DNA of 63,753 bases, the filler included, from Ministeria vibrans ATCC 50519 (lineage: Eukaryota > Protista > Filasterea), in the NCBI GenBank assembly GCA_943704425.1. It is 5 parts of 5 records of this genome, joined end to end, with 100 filler letters (N's around TTAATTAATTAA, not from the genome) between each part and the next. Parts side by side here need not be neighbours in the genome. Positions count along the whole stretch, not along the records: positions 29,596 to 35,089 come from CALSCP010002459.1; positions 35,190 to 62,517 come from CALSCP010002595.1; 3 more parts are not named here. The stretch is one strand, 5' to 3'. A program made the translations under genes and the position numbers. Shown in pieces: positions 29,675-44,400 of the stretch (position 1 is the stretch's first letter; each line of letters begins with the position of its first letter). The notes beneath the pieces were generated by a model. It saw nothing but the letters and a program-made list of their open reading frames with translations. It did not search any database and had not been told where the DNA came from.

Positions 29675-31513
29675 GGTTGTGAGATTGCGCTGAACACAGC
29701 ATCAGAACGTCTCGAGGCCATCTCGGAGAGTAGTAATGTTGAGCGAAGAACCGTGTGTGATCTCACTGTGCACCTGCGTGTGCTTCAGTTGCTCTTCTGC
29801 CAGCAACAGGGTGCCTGTGCGCTTGCCTCTCAACACCTCAAAAAGCTCCAACATGTATAGTATCGATGTGTTTGATTCTGGGCTGACCTATATTTTGTAT
29901 CACGCAGGCAGTGAAGGAGAGCACAGCAACGCAGAGCCAACCAGGCACAAGCGCACACTATTTTGTGTCGCAGGGTGCTCTTTTTGCGCTCGTCTATCTG
30001 CTCTCTGTCTCAACCTATCTGCAAATCGGCAACATTGCCAGTGCCCGCAAGTACGTCGAAAAGGGACGCACCGTGTGCGACCGTCTTCTCGTACGTTCAA
30101 AACATTACTGTACAAGATCAATCTCATTATTACTTGATTGTGTAGGGGTCGCCTGAACTGACTGGTCCTTTCAGTGTAAGAAATGATGATTTGTAAACAT
30201 TCCACTAATAATTATTATTGTGTAGCCGGAGGAACTGGAAGGACGGGCCGTGGCAATGCACATCAAAATGGGGCTGGTGGAGCAAGAAGGACATATCCTG
30301 CTTATCGAGAGCAATTTAGCAGCAGTCGCTCAAGTGTGTGCCCAAGTAAGTGATTTAAAGAAGAGATTTTTTGGATGTTTTGTATTCAACTTTTATGTGT
30401 GTATGTGTGTGATGTGGGAACTTAGGGCACTGCGTTGCTTGCGTCTGCTCCTCGCGGCACTATCCACGGCTCATTCCATGCTGCTCTTCACCATCTTCTC
30501 AGCAACTACTACCAGCGCACCGCAGCAACCGACTCTGCTCTCAGACATGCCACTGCTCTTCTCACAGTCATTTCATCCGATTCTGGTATACATATTGTTG
30601 GGTTTTCATCATCTTTGTTGTGTTTCGCTAATGGGGCTCTTTTCCCCCTCTATAGTCCCTTCTGCGAGTGCCTCTGTGGCTGTTGCTGCGGCTCACTCAC
30701 AAATGCTTCTCATTGCGCGTGATTCTGCCAACTCAGAACAAGTCAATGCCATTCAGTCACTCCTCAAAAGTATGTCGAGTCGAGTATTTGTGCAGTACTG
30801 TATTGATTTATCTTTTTCAAGACGATCTTGAAGCGCATCTCACGTCCAAAGCTGTCCAAGGTGCAGTGCACACAATGTTGGGACTGTCTTTGATGATTGA
30901 AAAGAAACCAATGCTCGCAAAGTACGCTCAATGGGGAATTGTCCGAGTGCCTCTTTTTATCTTGCTGTTGTCTAGAGAGTCTTTTCGCACTGCTCTGACT
31001 TTGGCGTCGGACTGTGGGAGTGAGCCCTTGGAGTGTGTCATCAATGGTCTTTTGAGTGATGTTTTTTACTCGGAGGTGTGATTGCAAAGAAGCGAAGCGA
31101 TGTGTGCAATACTAACTATTTCTCTTAGCAACAAACAACACAAGCACTGTCGTTTGCAGAGGCAGCATCGTCAAGTGCACTTGCAATGGGCTATCATCAA
31201 GTCATGGAAATGCAGTCAGAGTCTTTGCATGGTACGCACTTAAAGAAGGAGAGTGAATATATATACGTATATATATAATATGTATATAATTATTTAGTTT
31301 CTCATCGTTGTTTGTGTCATTACAATGAAATTGCATGGACATTAATTGTTTTATTTATTTATAGCGCTATACACTGAGTTGGGCGATGGAAGCAAAGCAA
31401 TGAAGGCCATGGCGGAGCATGCAAATCACCAACGCACCTCACGCGCTCTTGCTCCTACTGACCCTAATCCTTCTTTTGAAGCGGCCTTTAATATTCCAAT
31501 GTCGACGTATTGA
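29675..31513 (+). CDS. MAU2: MAU2/Scc4-like cohesin loader subunit (TPR-like), 5' partial
   Basis: QHLKKLQ, FVSQGALFALVYLLSVSTYLQIGNIASARKYVEKG, FHAALHHLLSNY, AVHTMLGL...AK|ESFRTALTLA and LYTELGD parallel MAU2 blocks such as LVYLVTVMHSMQAGYLEKAQKY and HAAQLHTLLG. Confidence 0.62.
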
Positions 31514-31615
31514 AAATCAGCTGTTTCATTGTTTTATTTCTCATAATTTTTTTGTCAGGGGTCACAAGAATTGTTCTATTATCTCCAATTGGTCTTGGTG
31601 ATTGATTCTCCTTCC

Positions 31616-33926
31616 TCATTTTGCCGACGATGCCTGTCGACTCGCTGCTTTCTTGCTGCTTGGTCTTCGTTTGATCCCAGCTGCTTTTTTCTGAAGGGGA
31701 GAGGAAGGAAGCCATTAATTAATTAATAATATTTTTTTCTTCTTTTGTTGGTACGGCTGAGGAGTCGTCATTGACAAGAAGCCAAAGGGTTGCCGAGGCG
31801 TGTTTTTTGGCGTCATCAGTGGGACCGCCAGTGGCAACCTCAGCGAGGAAATCGCTGAGACCAAATTTGGAAATGTCAGACTGGACCGGAAGGTACGCGG
31901 CCAGCTGATAGAGTGCTTTGGTGGCCTGCTCTTTGGCTTTGGCTGGGGTTGTCGGCAACAACAGTGGCTTGTAGTGCTACGAAGTGCAAAGGAACAAGAT
32001 AAATACCAATATTCGGATTTGTTTCTACTCTTGCGGTACTTGAACAATACGGGCACGCACAACCGTCTCCTGGACCACCGAGTTGTGGTTGCTGAGGCAT
32101 CGAATGGCGTTTGCCAGATGGCCCAGAGTGTTGAGTTTGCTATTGGAGAGCGCCTTGCCTTCGGGAACTTCGATGCTAGCAATGCTTTCGACGGCCATGA
32201 GAAGAGCGGCGAGGGCGCCGCTATCGGACAAGTCGGCGCGCGCTGCCTCGTCGTTCTCGGCCAGGACGGCAACCAGTTCGGCAAAGCGGCCACGACCCGA
32301 ATTGGACGACGATTGCAGCAGCGAGACAATGGTTGGCGAAACCTTGGCGACGAGCATGGCAGCGCGACAGTCTTGGTCGTCGCGCGCGAGTGCTGACAGG
32401 GCGTCGCAGGCAGTGAAGCGAGCGGCGGGTTTGCTGGCACGGAGCATGGCCACCAGTGGCACAATGGCATCGCATTCCATCATACGCACGCGACACAGAC
32501 ACGAGCTGGCCAGCTGTGACAGAGCACCGGCGGCCGTCTCGGTACCTTGTTCGGACATGAGCTTGACGAGTGCGCTGATACCGTCCGCTTTAGACACGAG
32601 AGCATGAGCACGGCGTGACTTAGTGGCCAGTTTCCAAAGTGCTCCCGCAGCGTGCTCTTGTGCCTCGGGCGTGCCCATGCGCAACAGCGACACGAGCAGT
32701 CCAATGGGAGGCTCGCCCCCGCTGGTGGGCGTCGACAAGAGCACATCAAGGTTCTCGGCGTTACCCGCAAGCACGCACAGTGCTCCGGCAGCATTTTCCG
32801 CTGCCGTTGCATTGGCCAGCAGCTTGAGCAAGAACCCAATGGCGCCCTCACGACCAATGCTCTCGCAGAGCCTCTCGTCCAGCGCGAGGTTCCACAACAC
32901 ACCGGCAGCATAGCTTTGCGCCTCGGGACGACCCGTCGAGAGAAGCAGAATGAGCATGGGAATGGCACCGCTTTGCGCAATGAGTGTCTTGGCTGCTGGT
33001 TCCAACGCGAGGCTGTGCAGCGTCACGGCAGCGTATTCCTACAAAAATAATAATAATAATATTAATAATTTATAAGAGGGGTATGTTTACTATTGTTGTT
33101 TTTTTTATTACCTTGACTTGATCGTTGACATCTTCGCCAAGCCGAGCAACAAGAGGAGGAATAATGTTGCCGTCAATGAGTGCGTGGTGGTGCTCGGTGG
33201 TGATAGCGAGCGAATGCACGGCGGCAATGGTGCTTTCTTCATCAATGGGGTACTCACGGCTGCGAAGGGTGTCGACGAGCAGACGAACCACCGTCTGTAT
33301 CACCGACGAGTCTGCCAACAGCAGATTGTGCTGTTCGTCGTGAGACGAGAGCCAGCAGAGCGCCACAGCCGCATGCTGTCGTGCGCGAGGCAGTCCATTC
33401 TGCAGCACGTCCACCAGGCCTGCTGTAGCCCCCACACGACCCATTGCAGCCTAAGTCATTGTGTATTGGTTGCGATGGTTAGAGGATGGGATTCTACGTG
33501 TGTGTGTGTGTGTGTGGTGCACGTATGTGCTGCTGTTGTACCTGATTGTCAAAGTCTTCGGCAAGCACCGACAGGATTCCCGCGGACATTTCGAGTGCTT
33601 CGGGACTGGTGCGCTGCAGAAGAAGTCGCACGAGAGGCGACATGCCTTCCGATGTAATGATTTCCTTTGCCACATCCGGTCCAATTAGCGACAAACGCAA
33701 AAGAACCCCAAGAATTTGAGTCTAATAAAATTTGGGTTGTTTTTGTGAGTGTGTTTCGTGTTCATGTTTACATCATATCATACCTGACACTTTAGGGATG
33801 CTTGTTGTTTAAGCAGATACACAAGCAACGCAATGATGTTCTCTTTGACCATGACAACGCGGTTGTCTTCGTGTGTGGTCAATTCCCACAGCAAACTGAC
33901 AGCCTAGTGAGCAGAGGACAAAAAAG

Positions 33927-33965
<39 letters not shown>

Positions 33966-34962
33966 TTATTATATCAATCCTTCGGCGTATGTACCTTTTC
34001 TTGCGCTTCGGACTCACCATCACGAAGCATGTCGGCCAAGGGAGGAATGACATTGCACTGTGAGATCTGTTTGGCGCCTTCGGTGGTCTGGAGCAGACGG
34101 AAGAGAGTAACGGCAGCGTAGTCCTTGGAGTCGGCTGTGCCGGTGCGGAGTACGCGCACAATGTGAGGCACTGCGTTGGACGTAAGCATTTGCTGGAGAC
34201 CACGGTCGTACGCACTCAACGACCAGAATGCTCCCATGACATACTCGTTGAGTTCGGCTACCAGAATCAAGGTGGATTGGTGGGAAAAACAATTTTAATT
34301 ATTCAAGGGGTGGGCGCATAATCTGGTGTGGGCTTGTGCATACCGTGGCCCTCCTTGGCTTGCATTGCTGCAACGAGCGCTGGGATTGCGTCGACCTTGA
34401 CTGCCACTTGCTGGTTTCGGGCGACACCTTCGCACGCCATGCCAATGACACCGGCAGCCATCATTTGGGTGCTAGTGGAGAGACCGGTTGCGGGTAGAAC
34501 CTGTGGAAACAACCGAAGGTGAGTTCAACAACGCAAAATCCTGCTGAGATGCTCACCATGTCAACTAGATGAGGAATACATCCGCTGTCACCGACAGCAC
34601 GTTTCTCGTCCTCTCCTCGAAGTGCGATGTCCCTGAATAAGAGATGTAAGGTGTAAGTAAAGAACATGTTGTATGTGATAACAAGCAACAGACAGTCGTT
34701 AAGAGAGTTCACTTTGGCACTGATTTGTCGAGCACAAGAAAGAAAAAAAGACGGTGCGGGAGGGAACGCAACGCGCCAGAGAGTGATAGCGAGGAGAGAG
34801 AGCACGCGAGAGAAGTTCATTGCAGAGCGAGAAATGAGAGTCTATTGTCCCTTCTTTTGCGTTCTCATCTCGTTTAGGACATAAGATTCGACTCAATTTC
34901 ACATCGACACCGTGCACCAGCACGTCATTGGACGGTGGCGGGGCAAAGGAGGCCGCGTGCAT
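31616..34962 (-). CDS. Armadillo-repeat protein; 5' exons uncertain
   Basis: Many ARM repeats (IAQSGAIPMLILLLSTGRPEAQSYAAGVLWNLA, GTPEAQEHAAGALWKLA) and a basic last exon KKAAGIKRRPSSKK...*. Confidence 0.8.
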
Positions 34963-35089
34963 GGCGCGTTGCGGGCAAAAACACGATTTGAGCAGAGCTC
35001 TTTTTCTCGAGAAATTCGCAAGTTTTTTTTTTGTGGTACGTACATTTTTCAGGGTTACAACTTGCGGGGTTTGTCTACATATGGCTGGC

Positions 35090-35189
35090 NNNNNNNNNNN
35101 NNNNNNNNNNNNNNNNNNNNNNNNNNNNNNNNNTTAATTAATTAANNNNNNNNNNNNNNNNNNNNNNNNNNNNNNNNNNNNNNNNNNNN
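35090..35189. other. Artificial contig spacer
   Basis: Ns + TTAATTAATTAA + Ns. Confidence 0.97.
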
Positions 35190-35275
<86 letters not shown>

Positions 35276-35281
35276 TATTAC

Positions 35282-35316
<35 letters not shown>

Positions 35317-35319
35317 GTA

Positions 35320-35360
<41 letters not shown>

Positions 35361-35366
35361 GTATTA

Positions 35367-35420
<54 letters not shown>
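35190..35420. repeat. (ATT)n microsatellite, intronic, at contig start
   Basis: Direct inspection. Confidence 0.93.
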
Positions 35421-35425
<5 letters not shown>

Positions 35426-35465
35426 TATTATTAATCATTATTCTTTTTCTTTATATATTTTGTAG

Positions 35466-38400
35466 AGCCCTTCGCAGGCATCGGGCAACACGGATCCCGT
35501 TGGAAACTTTGTGGGCCAGTTTGCGAGCATGAAGCTGCTCACCGGTGTGTTCCCGCCCACGATTATCTCGTGTCCCTTTGAAACTTCCAACACAAACAAC
35601 ATGATGCGCACCTGCACTGGTTCGTCCCTGGGCGACATGTGTACTTTCAGTTGTACCACCGCCGGCTACTCTTTGGTTAATGTCGCGGGAGACACCTCGA
35701 CAAACACACGCACGTGTCAGGCGACCGGCACCTGGAGTGGCTCACCATTTTCCTGCCGCTCCTCCATGCCCTACATGTCGTTCAATGCTGCGTCATTGAC
35801 GACGTCAACTACTTGGAGCGCTAGCGCCGTTCAGTCACACAACACCCAGTTTACTTTTGAGTTTAACGCGCTACCCACCACCGCGACCGCCACGGCCGCC
35901 AACATGCCCTCCATCTCCAAGGCCATCATCTTTACTGGTAGCGCGAGCGAAGGGATGCGTTTCGCCTCCAACGGCGTCTCCACTTCCTTCTCGGCGCTCC
36001 CCGACATGCGCTCTTCGCAGTCCATCTCACTCGAGTTCTGGCTGCAATTGCCCGACTTTAATCGCGAGATGATTCTCTTTGAGACGGGCGACGCCACGTC
36101 GGGCCTGGCCATCATCTTTCAGGGTGACGTGCTCATTTTCGCCGCGACCACCGCCCAGGACACCCATGTGTTTGTTACGTCGCGTCTCAATGCGACCCTT
36201 CTCAACACCTTCTTCCAGCTCATCACCGTGGTCGACCGTGACACAAGCATGCTTCGTGTCTTCATCAACGGCATGCAAATTGGCGCGACTCCCTTTGGTG
36301 GCCCCGAGGCCTGCTCGACACTTGCGAGCAACAATGTTGCCACTTGCGGCGCCTGGTCTAGCCTCAATGTTGCCGGTATCGGTGCCGTGTTTAACTCGCT
36401 CGGTGGCTTCCCATCAGGCTTCATCATTGGCACCACTGCTGCACAGTTTATGAACACGTTCCAGGGTCAATTGGCCCTCTTCAATGTGTACGACTATGCT
36501 GTGTCGCCCAGCTGTGGCAATGTTGCGCGTGTCGCCTCCTCCACTGTGACACGCATGTGCACCGGCACCTCCGCCTACGACCACCAAACGTGCGCGCTCA
36601 GCTGCACCTTTGCCCCCGATGTGTTTTCGGGCTCCACCTCGCGCATGTGTCAGCTCACGGGAACCTTCTCGGGCTCGTTTGCCTCGTGTTCGCCGGCCAC
36701 AGGAGGGTGCTCTGCGCCGGGTGTTGCCCCAGGCGGCGGCTCTATCACCTGCTCTAATGGCCACGCTACGGGAAGCGTCTGTACCTACTCGAGCATTGTG
36801 TGTCCCAGCGGCCAGAGTGTCTCTGGTCTCACCACTTTGACGTGCATCAGTGGCAAGTGGACTGCAACTGCGCCGACGTGTGAGTCAAATCGTCGCCCTA
36901 CCTTTCAGGTGGGCCAACTCACGGGCGTTGGTTCGTCATGGCGAACTGTGACCACCGCCGCGGTGCCTCACCCGGCCGTGTTTGCGTTGCCCCAGGGTGT
37001 CCTTGTGTCGGGCCAGAGCGCTTCGACACGCCAGTGTGTGCCCCAGGTGCGCAACGTTGTCAAGGGCTCCTTTCAGATTCGTTGCCGTGCTCCCCAGGCC
37101 AGCCCGACCACAGTTGTGCCCAACGTGGTCTCGGTTCCTTTCATGGTGGCCGAACTCGGCACCCAAACAACTCCCGGCGGCCGTCGTCTGGAGGTGGGCA
37201 GTTCGATTCGCGCGGGCAGCAACATTGTCTACGATCCCCTCGTCAGCGTTCCCAACCCAGTTGTCTTCTCGCAAATGCAGACTCTCACCGCTGACGCTTG
37301 GGTTCACGCTCGTCAAGTGGTTTCGTCGTGCGGCAACAGCATTGGCGTGCGTTTGGAAGTTCCTGGCGGCGCTCCCGCCTACAGCACACCCGAACAAATT
37401 GTGTGGGTGGCACTCACGCAAAATTTTGCCACCGAGTTTACGCCAACTGGCCTCGCCGTTCTGAGTCGTGCTCGCCTCCCGTCGACACTCCTTGCGCACG
37501 GCACAGTCAACTACCCCTTCACGCTTACGCTCACCGAACCGCCCCTCATCTTTGCCCAGATGCAGAGTATCATGGGTGGCGATCCTGCTATTACTGCCAT
37601 GTCGGCCATCAGCACGACGCACGCAACGCTTCGCATTCAAGAGGAGCAAGTGAGCGACACCGAGACGGCGCACGTTCCTGAAAAAATGGGGTTCTTTTAC
37701 ATCCAATCTCCCGTCGTTGTTTACTCGCACGCGGTCGACTGCGGCGATCCATCCACCGCAGCGCTCGTGGGCGACGGTGTGCCCTGTTCGTCTTGGTCCT
37801 TTGGCACCAACTGCACCGACGCCTGTGGCGCAGGATTCTACCCAACTTCCGTGATGATGACCTCCACAATCACGTGCCAGCGAAACCCGCCCTTCTGGAC
37901 CAACTCTTCTCTCTTGTGTGGTCCTTGCACGCGTGTGACAGCGTGCAATGCGTCCGTCACCTGTACGTCGGCGACCTCCAGTCGTTGCCCCACCTGTTCG
38001 GCCGGTACCTACCTTATGGGTGCCGCGAGCGCAACCACCGCAGACTCGTGCCCTGCGTGCGCCACGTCGCTCACCTTCTGCGATATGCTCGACACCAACT
38101 GTGGACCCATGGCAGGTGCGACGGCAAACACACGTTGCAAGACGTGTCAGACGGGCCCACCCGGTGTGATGCTCAATCCGACAACGGGCCTGTGCGAGGA
38201 CGTCAACGTGCCCCCGTACGCTGTGACCCTGAGCGAGGTGTCAGTTGCCGAATCGGCTGCCATTGGCACCGTGGTCGGCACACTTTCGACTCAAGACTAC
38301 GATCCTGCCGACACCTCGTTCACCTACACACTTGATGCGCAAATTCCCGCTGGTCTGTTTGCCCTTGCATCGGGCAACCAGATTGTCGTGAATCAAACGC

Positions 38401-41400
38401 TTGACCACGAAGCGTCTATGCTTGCAAATTTGACCGTGACCTCCACCGACGCCGGCGGCCTCTCGCTCACCGTCGAGATTCCCATTGTGATTGGTAACGT
38501 CGAAGAGGCCCCCACCAATCTGATGTTGACCGCATCCAGCGTCGTCGATGGCCTCCCTCGCGTGCACATTGGTTCGCCAGTCGACACGGTCGTGGGCACG
38601 CTGTCGGCCACCGACAACTTTGGCAATGGTGGTCAGCTCAACTTTGCGGTGGTGTCCTCATCGGTGACAGGACTCTTTACGGTGCGTCAATTCAATGTGC
38701 TCATGCTTGCCCTGGTGCCACAGGCTTCGGATGCTGTCGAAGGATTCCTCACAGTAACCGTGCAGGCCACGGACGCGCAAGGCGACGTGTCACAACCACA
38801 GGCTTTCCGACTGTACGTTGACGAGACGGGTGTGCCCACACCTACCATTGCGTGGAATGCCGAGTCGATTAGCTCACCTATCTGGGCGCCCTCATCTCAG
38901 TCAAGCCTGCAACAGTTTGGTTTCAGCTGGGGCATCAGCGCACCGCCTCTGATGAACGCCTCGTCACCACTGAACGCCGACATCATCAAGGCCATCGACT
39001 GCAGCGCAACTAGTGGCATTTTTATGGACCGCAACACTGGCGGCTCTGTGCCATTCCAGGACACTGGGTTGGCCATGTCGGGTGTCACTTTTGAGGCGTT
39101 TATCAAGCCCAACTCTCTCAACACGCAACGCCAGGCCATCCTTGAGGCCGGTGGCGATGGTTATGGCATGAGCATTGTCCTCGATGGTGCAGTCTTATCG
39201 TTTCATCTGTCGCTCAATTTTGTTGATCAGCCCTCTATTAGCACCAGTCTCACCGCCGACGACATCCAGGACTTTGTCAAGATTGCGCTGGTGGTGGACA
39301 ACCGCGGTGCGGCGCCCTACAATCGTACCCTGTACGTCAATGGCCAGGTCGTTGGTGCGATGAGTGCAGCTGAGCCACAGTGGTCGGGTGGCGATGCCAG
39401 TCGAGTGTGTGGCACCTCGGCGAAGATTGGAGGCTTTGCAGTACCTCCTTCGCCGCCCTACTCCAACTTTGACGGTCAGCTGGCCCTTCTCAATTTTTAC
39501 AATCGCCCGCTCACCACCGACGAGGTGACGCGCAACTGTGGCTCTTTGCCCGTCAACTCGGCGCTCAGTGTGTCGTGTGTACCGGGCAATGGTTACGCCT
39601 CGCAGTGCTCGTTTGGGTGCTTCAACGTAGACGAGGAGCTTTCGGACGCGACAGAGTCTCGCTTGTGTACCAACACGCGCCTCTGGTCGGGGTTCACACC
39701 CGTGTGTCAGCCGATCACGTGCGACGTTATTCCTACGCCTTACCCCCTGACTAAGACGTGTACCAACGACATTGTTGGCGCCACTTGTACCATCTCGTGT
39801 GCTACAGGCATGGTCGCGACTGGGTCAACGACGCGCACTTGCGGCAACAGTGGCGCCTGGGATGGAACTCCCATGACTTGCGCGTTGCCCGTGGCCCGCT
39901 ACAATTGGAATGCGGCGGCGCCAGGTACGACGCCCATGACCGAGTGGCAAGAGACTCAGTCACCGAGCGTTGCCAGCTTTGTGTGGAGCGTTGGCAGCGG
40001 AAGTAAGCTCTACCTTGACGGCATCATTGATGACCCGATGGCGGTGGGTGTCACGCAGGCATTCTTTTTTGACGGCGGCATTGTGGGACGATTTGAGCTT
40101 GGTAGTGGCAGCGGCAGCCACTCGTTCTTTGATGTGACGGGCCTGGGCGTCACCTCCTCCACTCTCTCGATGTGGTTCCAGCCCTCGTGCCTGAGCGACG
40201 CATCGAAACAGTTGCTGTTCGAAACGGGTGGCACCGTTCACGGCACGTCCATTGTGTTGATGGGCCGCGACCTGTATGCAGCCTTTGTCGCCGACTCCAT
40301 CCCGGTCAGCCTCAAGTATACGCTTACGAACGAGATTGCTTCCCACATGATTCACGTGGTTCTGCATCTCAATGTCGCAGCGGGCACGCGTACTCTCTTT
40401 GTCAACGGTGTCAAGGCGGGTTCCGTCGCGCTCGTTGGCCCCGCCTGGACGGGTAATAATCTTGCCGGCCTGGGTGGCGTCAACACAAACGAAGCGACCC
40501 CCGATATTGGTGGGTTTCCTCCCACGGGACCCTCCGTCCCTGCTGGCTACACCGGTCCGTTGGAGTCGGCGTCCCTTGAAAATTTCCATGGTTACATTGC
40601 CGCTTTCTCAGTGGACCCTTCGATTGTGAGTGATGCCCAGGCACTTCTTCAGTGTGGCACCGAGCCCAGTGTCATCGCCAATGGTGTGCGTGTGTGCACC
40701 GGTACGGGCTACCGCGACACCTGCACACTGACGTGCAATACCGGCTTTTCGCTGGTCGGCAACGTCGGCAACAGCAATGTGCGTACCTGCCAAGCGAACC
40801 GCATGTGGAGTGGTAGCAATTTTGAGTGTCGCAGCAACATTCCTTATATGTTGTGGAATGCTTCGGCGCTGCATTCGAACGGCGTCGACTGGCCCGTCGA
40901 CTCTATTTCGCGCTACACTGCGGGACAGTACACTTTCAACAAGGCGGTGACTACCGTGCCCGTGAGCACGCCTGTGGACTCCGGTGTGACCCGTGCCATT
41001 GTGTTTGATGGTTCCTCCAGCGCCATCTTCAAGGTGAACACGGTTACCACTGGCTGGCTTAACATTCCCGGTCGTCTCACCGCCCAGTCGGCGTCTATCG
41101 AAATCTGGTTCCGCATAGCGTCGTCCAACCAACGCACTGTGTTCTTCGAGGTTGGCGGCAACGTCAACGGCCTCTCGCTTGCCATCGTCGAAGGCTACTT
41201 TGTTCTGTCGACTTCCGCCGGCCCAGGCAATGTCTTCCGCGAGCAGGTTCTTATTCGCCCCGAGTGGATGAACACACTTACTCAGGCACTGTTGGTGGTC
41301 GATGACAACGACGATCGTCGCGATCTCTACATTAACGGCGAGCGTGTCATTACGGGCTCTTTTGGAGGTCCATGGTAAGGGAGGAGGATGATTTTAATTA

Positions 41401-44400
41401 ATATAGAGAGTGAGAGAGAAAGATAGAGAGAGAGAGAGAGAGGGGGAGAAGAAGGAGGAGGAGGAGAGAATGTGTAGAGTTGAATTGCGGAGCGAAAAAA
41501 AACCCCCTTCCTCTCTAAATTCTGATGCATTCTGTTTGTTTGACAGGTGTAACAGTAACCCGACACGATGCGACACATGGGCAGGTACCGACCCCGTTGG
41601 CCTGGGCAACGATGCTGGCACTACAGGCGGCTACCCGACGGGCAAGCCACTTGCCTCGATTCTGCCTTACTCGCCGTTTGTGGGCGAGGTGGCTCTGATT
41701 CGCGTGTATGACTCGGTTTTGAGTTCGTGCACCCCCGAGCCGTCGGTCATCAATGCGCCCGGCACCAAGGTGTGCACCACGGGAGCGCCCTTTTACAACG
41801 GTCAGTCGTGTACCATGGCATGTCCGGCGGGTGCCGTGCTTGTCGGCAGCGCCTACCGCGAATGTCTGCCCAATGGTCAGTGGTCTGGCATGCCCGCGAG
41901 CTGCGAGCTTTCCTGCCCCGATCCGGGCATGTCTGCGTTTGGAACGCGTTCCTGCACCAACGCAGTTCTGGGCGAGGGTGTCTCGTGCACCTACACCGTC
42001 AATTGCACGGGTATTCCCAACACTGGTCCAACAGGTGTCCTGACCACAACCTGTGTTGGCGGCGCGTGGACCGCGCCTCCGCCTACGTGCGCGCCTCTGT
42101 CGCGCACCACTATTCAGATGGGCACTATTCACGCCGTGTCCAGCGCGTGGCAGACAGTGACCGTCTCAAGCAACATCCAAGACCCCATTGCCTTTGCCCA
42201 GCCTGCTCAAATCACTAGCACGGCCGCCACCGCAGTTTGTGTCCCTCAGGTTCTATTTCAAACCTTGAAAGAAATGTGTACTAATAATTATTCCTCTCCC
42301 TACTTTAGATCCGCAATGTCGCTGTGGGCTCGTTTGAGATTCGTTGTCAACCACCAACGGGCGCTTCGACGACTACGACGGCATCCATTGGCTGGCTGGT
42401 GGTTGAACAGGGCGTGCACACCACACCGGGTGGACTTAAGCTTATGGCAAGTCGTGAGCGCACCGATGCCGATGTACTTCGTTCCCAGTGGCCCACGGCC
42501 GACTTTAGTGCCGCCGGAATTCCTTCAACGGCTCTAGTTTTGTCGCAGACACAAACCTACGATAATGGCGTGCCGGGCTCGTCGGGTGTTCTTCACACAC
42601 GTCAACGCAATGTTGCAAAGTCGCGTCTCGCCTGCTCTTTCTCCGGCACCTTCCAGTTTGCCTTGGAGGAAACCGAGTCCACTACTCTCAGTGCGGGGGC
42701 TACCAACGGCTACGAATCCGTGGGATGGATGGCCGTGAGCGCTCAGACGCCCACCACGGAGTACACTTCGGCGACGACCTTTGCAACTCTCTTCTCTATT
42801 GTCACTGACAATGTCATCACGCACACTCCCGCCTCCTACCCCTACGGCATCGCTGGTCTTCAAGCTCCCCCCGTTGTTCTCGGCCAGATGCAAACGTACG
42901 ATGGAGTCGATCCGAGCTCAGTGCGCATTACCTCGCTTGACTCCTCTCAAGGTAAACCAAGAATTTAGTTCCGACCGCATTTCTTCTTCTTCTTCTTTTT
43001 TTTCTCTCTCTCTTTTTCTCTAAAAAATATATAATTATATATATGTATAATTATATAATATAATTAATTTTATCTTTTTTTTTTTTGTTGTTGTAGTGAC
43101 CATTATGGTGCAGGAAGATCAGACATTCGACACGGAAGTGGAGCATACCACGGAAGTGGTGGGTCTCTTTAGTGCGTCTGAGCCAGTGCAGTTGCAGACA
43201 CGTCTTGACTCGTGCGGTGACCCTGTCCGTGTGGGCATTGACACGACGACATGCTCATCGTTCTCGTTTGGCACCAACTGCACGCAGTCGTGTGCGGCCA
43301 CGTACTACGTTTCGATGGGATCGGCGTCGACGGGAACGATTGAGTGCAAGCGCAACCCACCCGGCTGGACTGCCAGCAGCATTACGTGTGCGCCCTGTCC
43401 CATTATTTCGGGATGTAATGTGGCTTACACATGCGAAAATGGTCTCGTATCGAAATGCAACGAGTGCTCTGCCGGATTCTACCGTGTTGCCGGCAACTCG
43501 ACTGTTTCGGACAAATGTGTGACATGCACTGTTGCGGCTGACATCGTGGGCTGTGTTGCTGTCGACACAACCTGTGACAAGGCAGGCTCGCAGGCAAACG
43601 CTCAATGCGCAAGCTGCACCTCGGGTGCACCCGGCTATGAGTTGCTCAATGGCAAGTGTGTCGATGTGAACAACCCACCGAGTGCTGTGAATCTTTTGGG
43701 TAATCATGATGTGGTCGAGGGTGCGCCGTCGGGTACGCTCGTGGGCCAGCTGATCACCGACGACCTTGACACCACACAGTCACACTTGTACGCCATTTCG
43801 GGTCAGTCTGTGTCGGGACTCTTCCAAGTGATACAAGTGGGTCCTCTGTTCTTCTTGGCGACCCTTGGCGTGCCCGACTTTGAGCCGACGAATGGCATGG
43901 CGACTGTGACAGTGGTATCAACCGACAGTGGAGTTCCGCCTCTGTTTATTTCGCAGCAGTTTACCATTGCCATCAACGACACCGACGATGCGCCCACAGC
44001 GGTACTGCTGAGTGCAAACAGTGTCCTTGAAAACCAACCGGCCAACACGGAAATTGGTGTGCTGAGCATCGAGGATGTAGATGACACATCCAACGCCTAC
44101 ACCTACACCATTGTGCCTGCTCAGAGTTACGCCTCCATTGGCTCGATTGTCGCCATCCAGACGATCGACTCTGGCGCGACGCTTCGCACTGTCGGCGCGG
44201 GCCCCAATTTTGAGGAAATGCCGACGGGTGGCTACCCCGTGGCGATCCAAGCGGTGAAGAAGAGCGACGCAACGAAACAGGCGACAACTGTTTTCATGGT
44301 GATTGCCCTCAACGCCAACGACGCGCCCACAGACATTTCACTGTCTCTGTCGGGTGTGCTCACGGAGAGTGCCTCCGTGGGCACACCTGTGGGTGTATTG

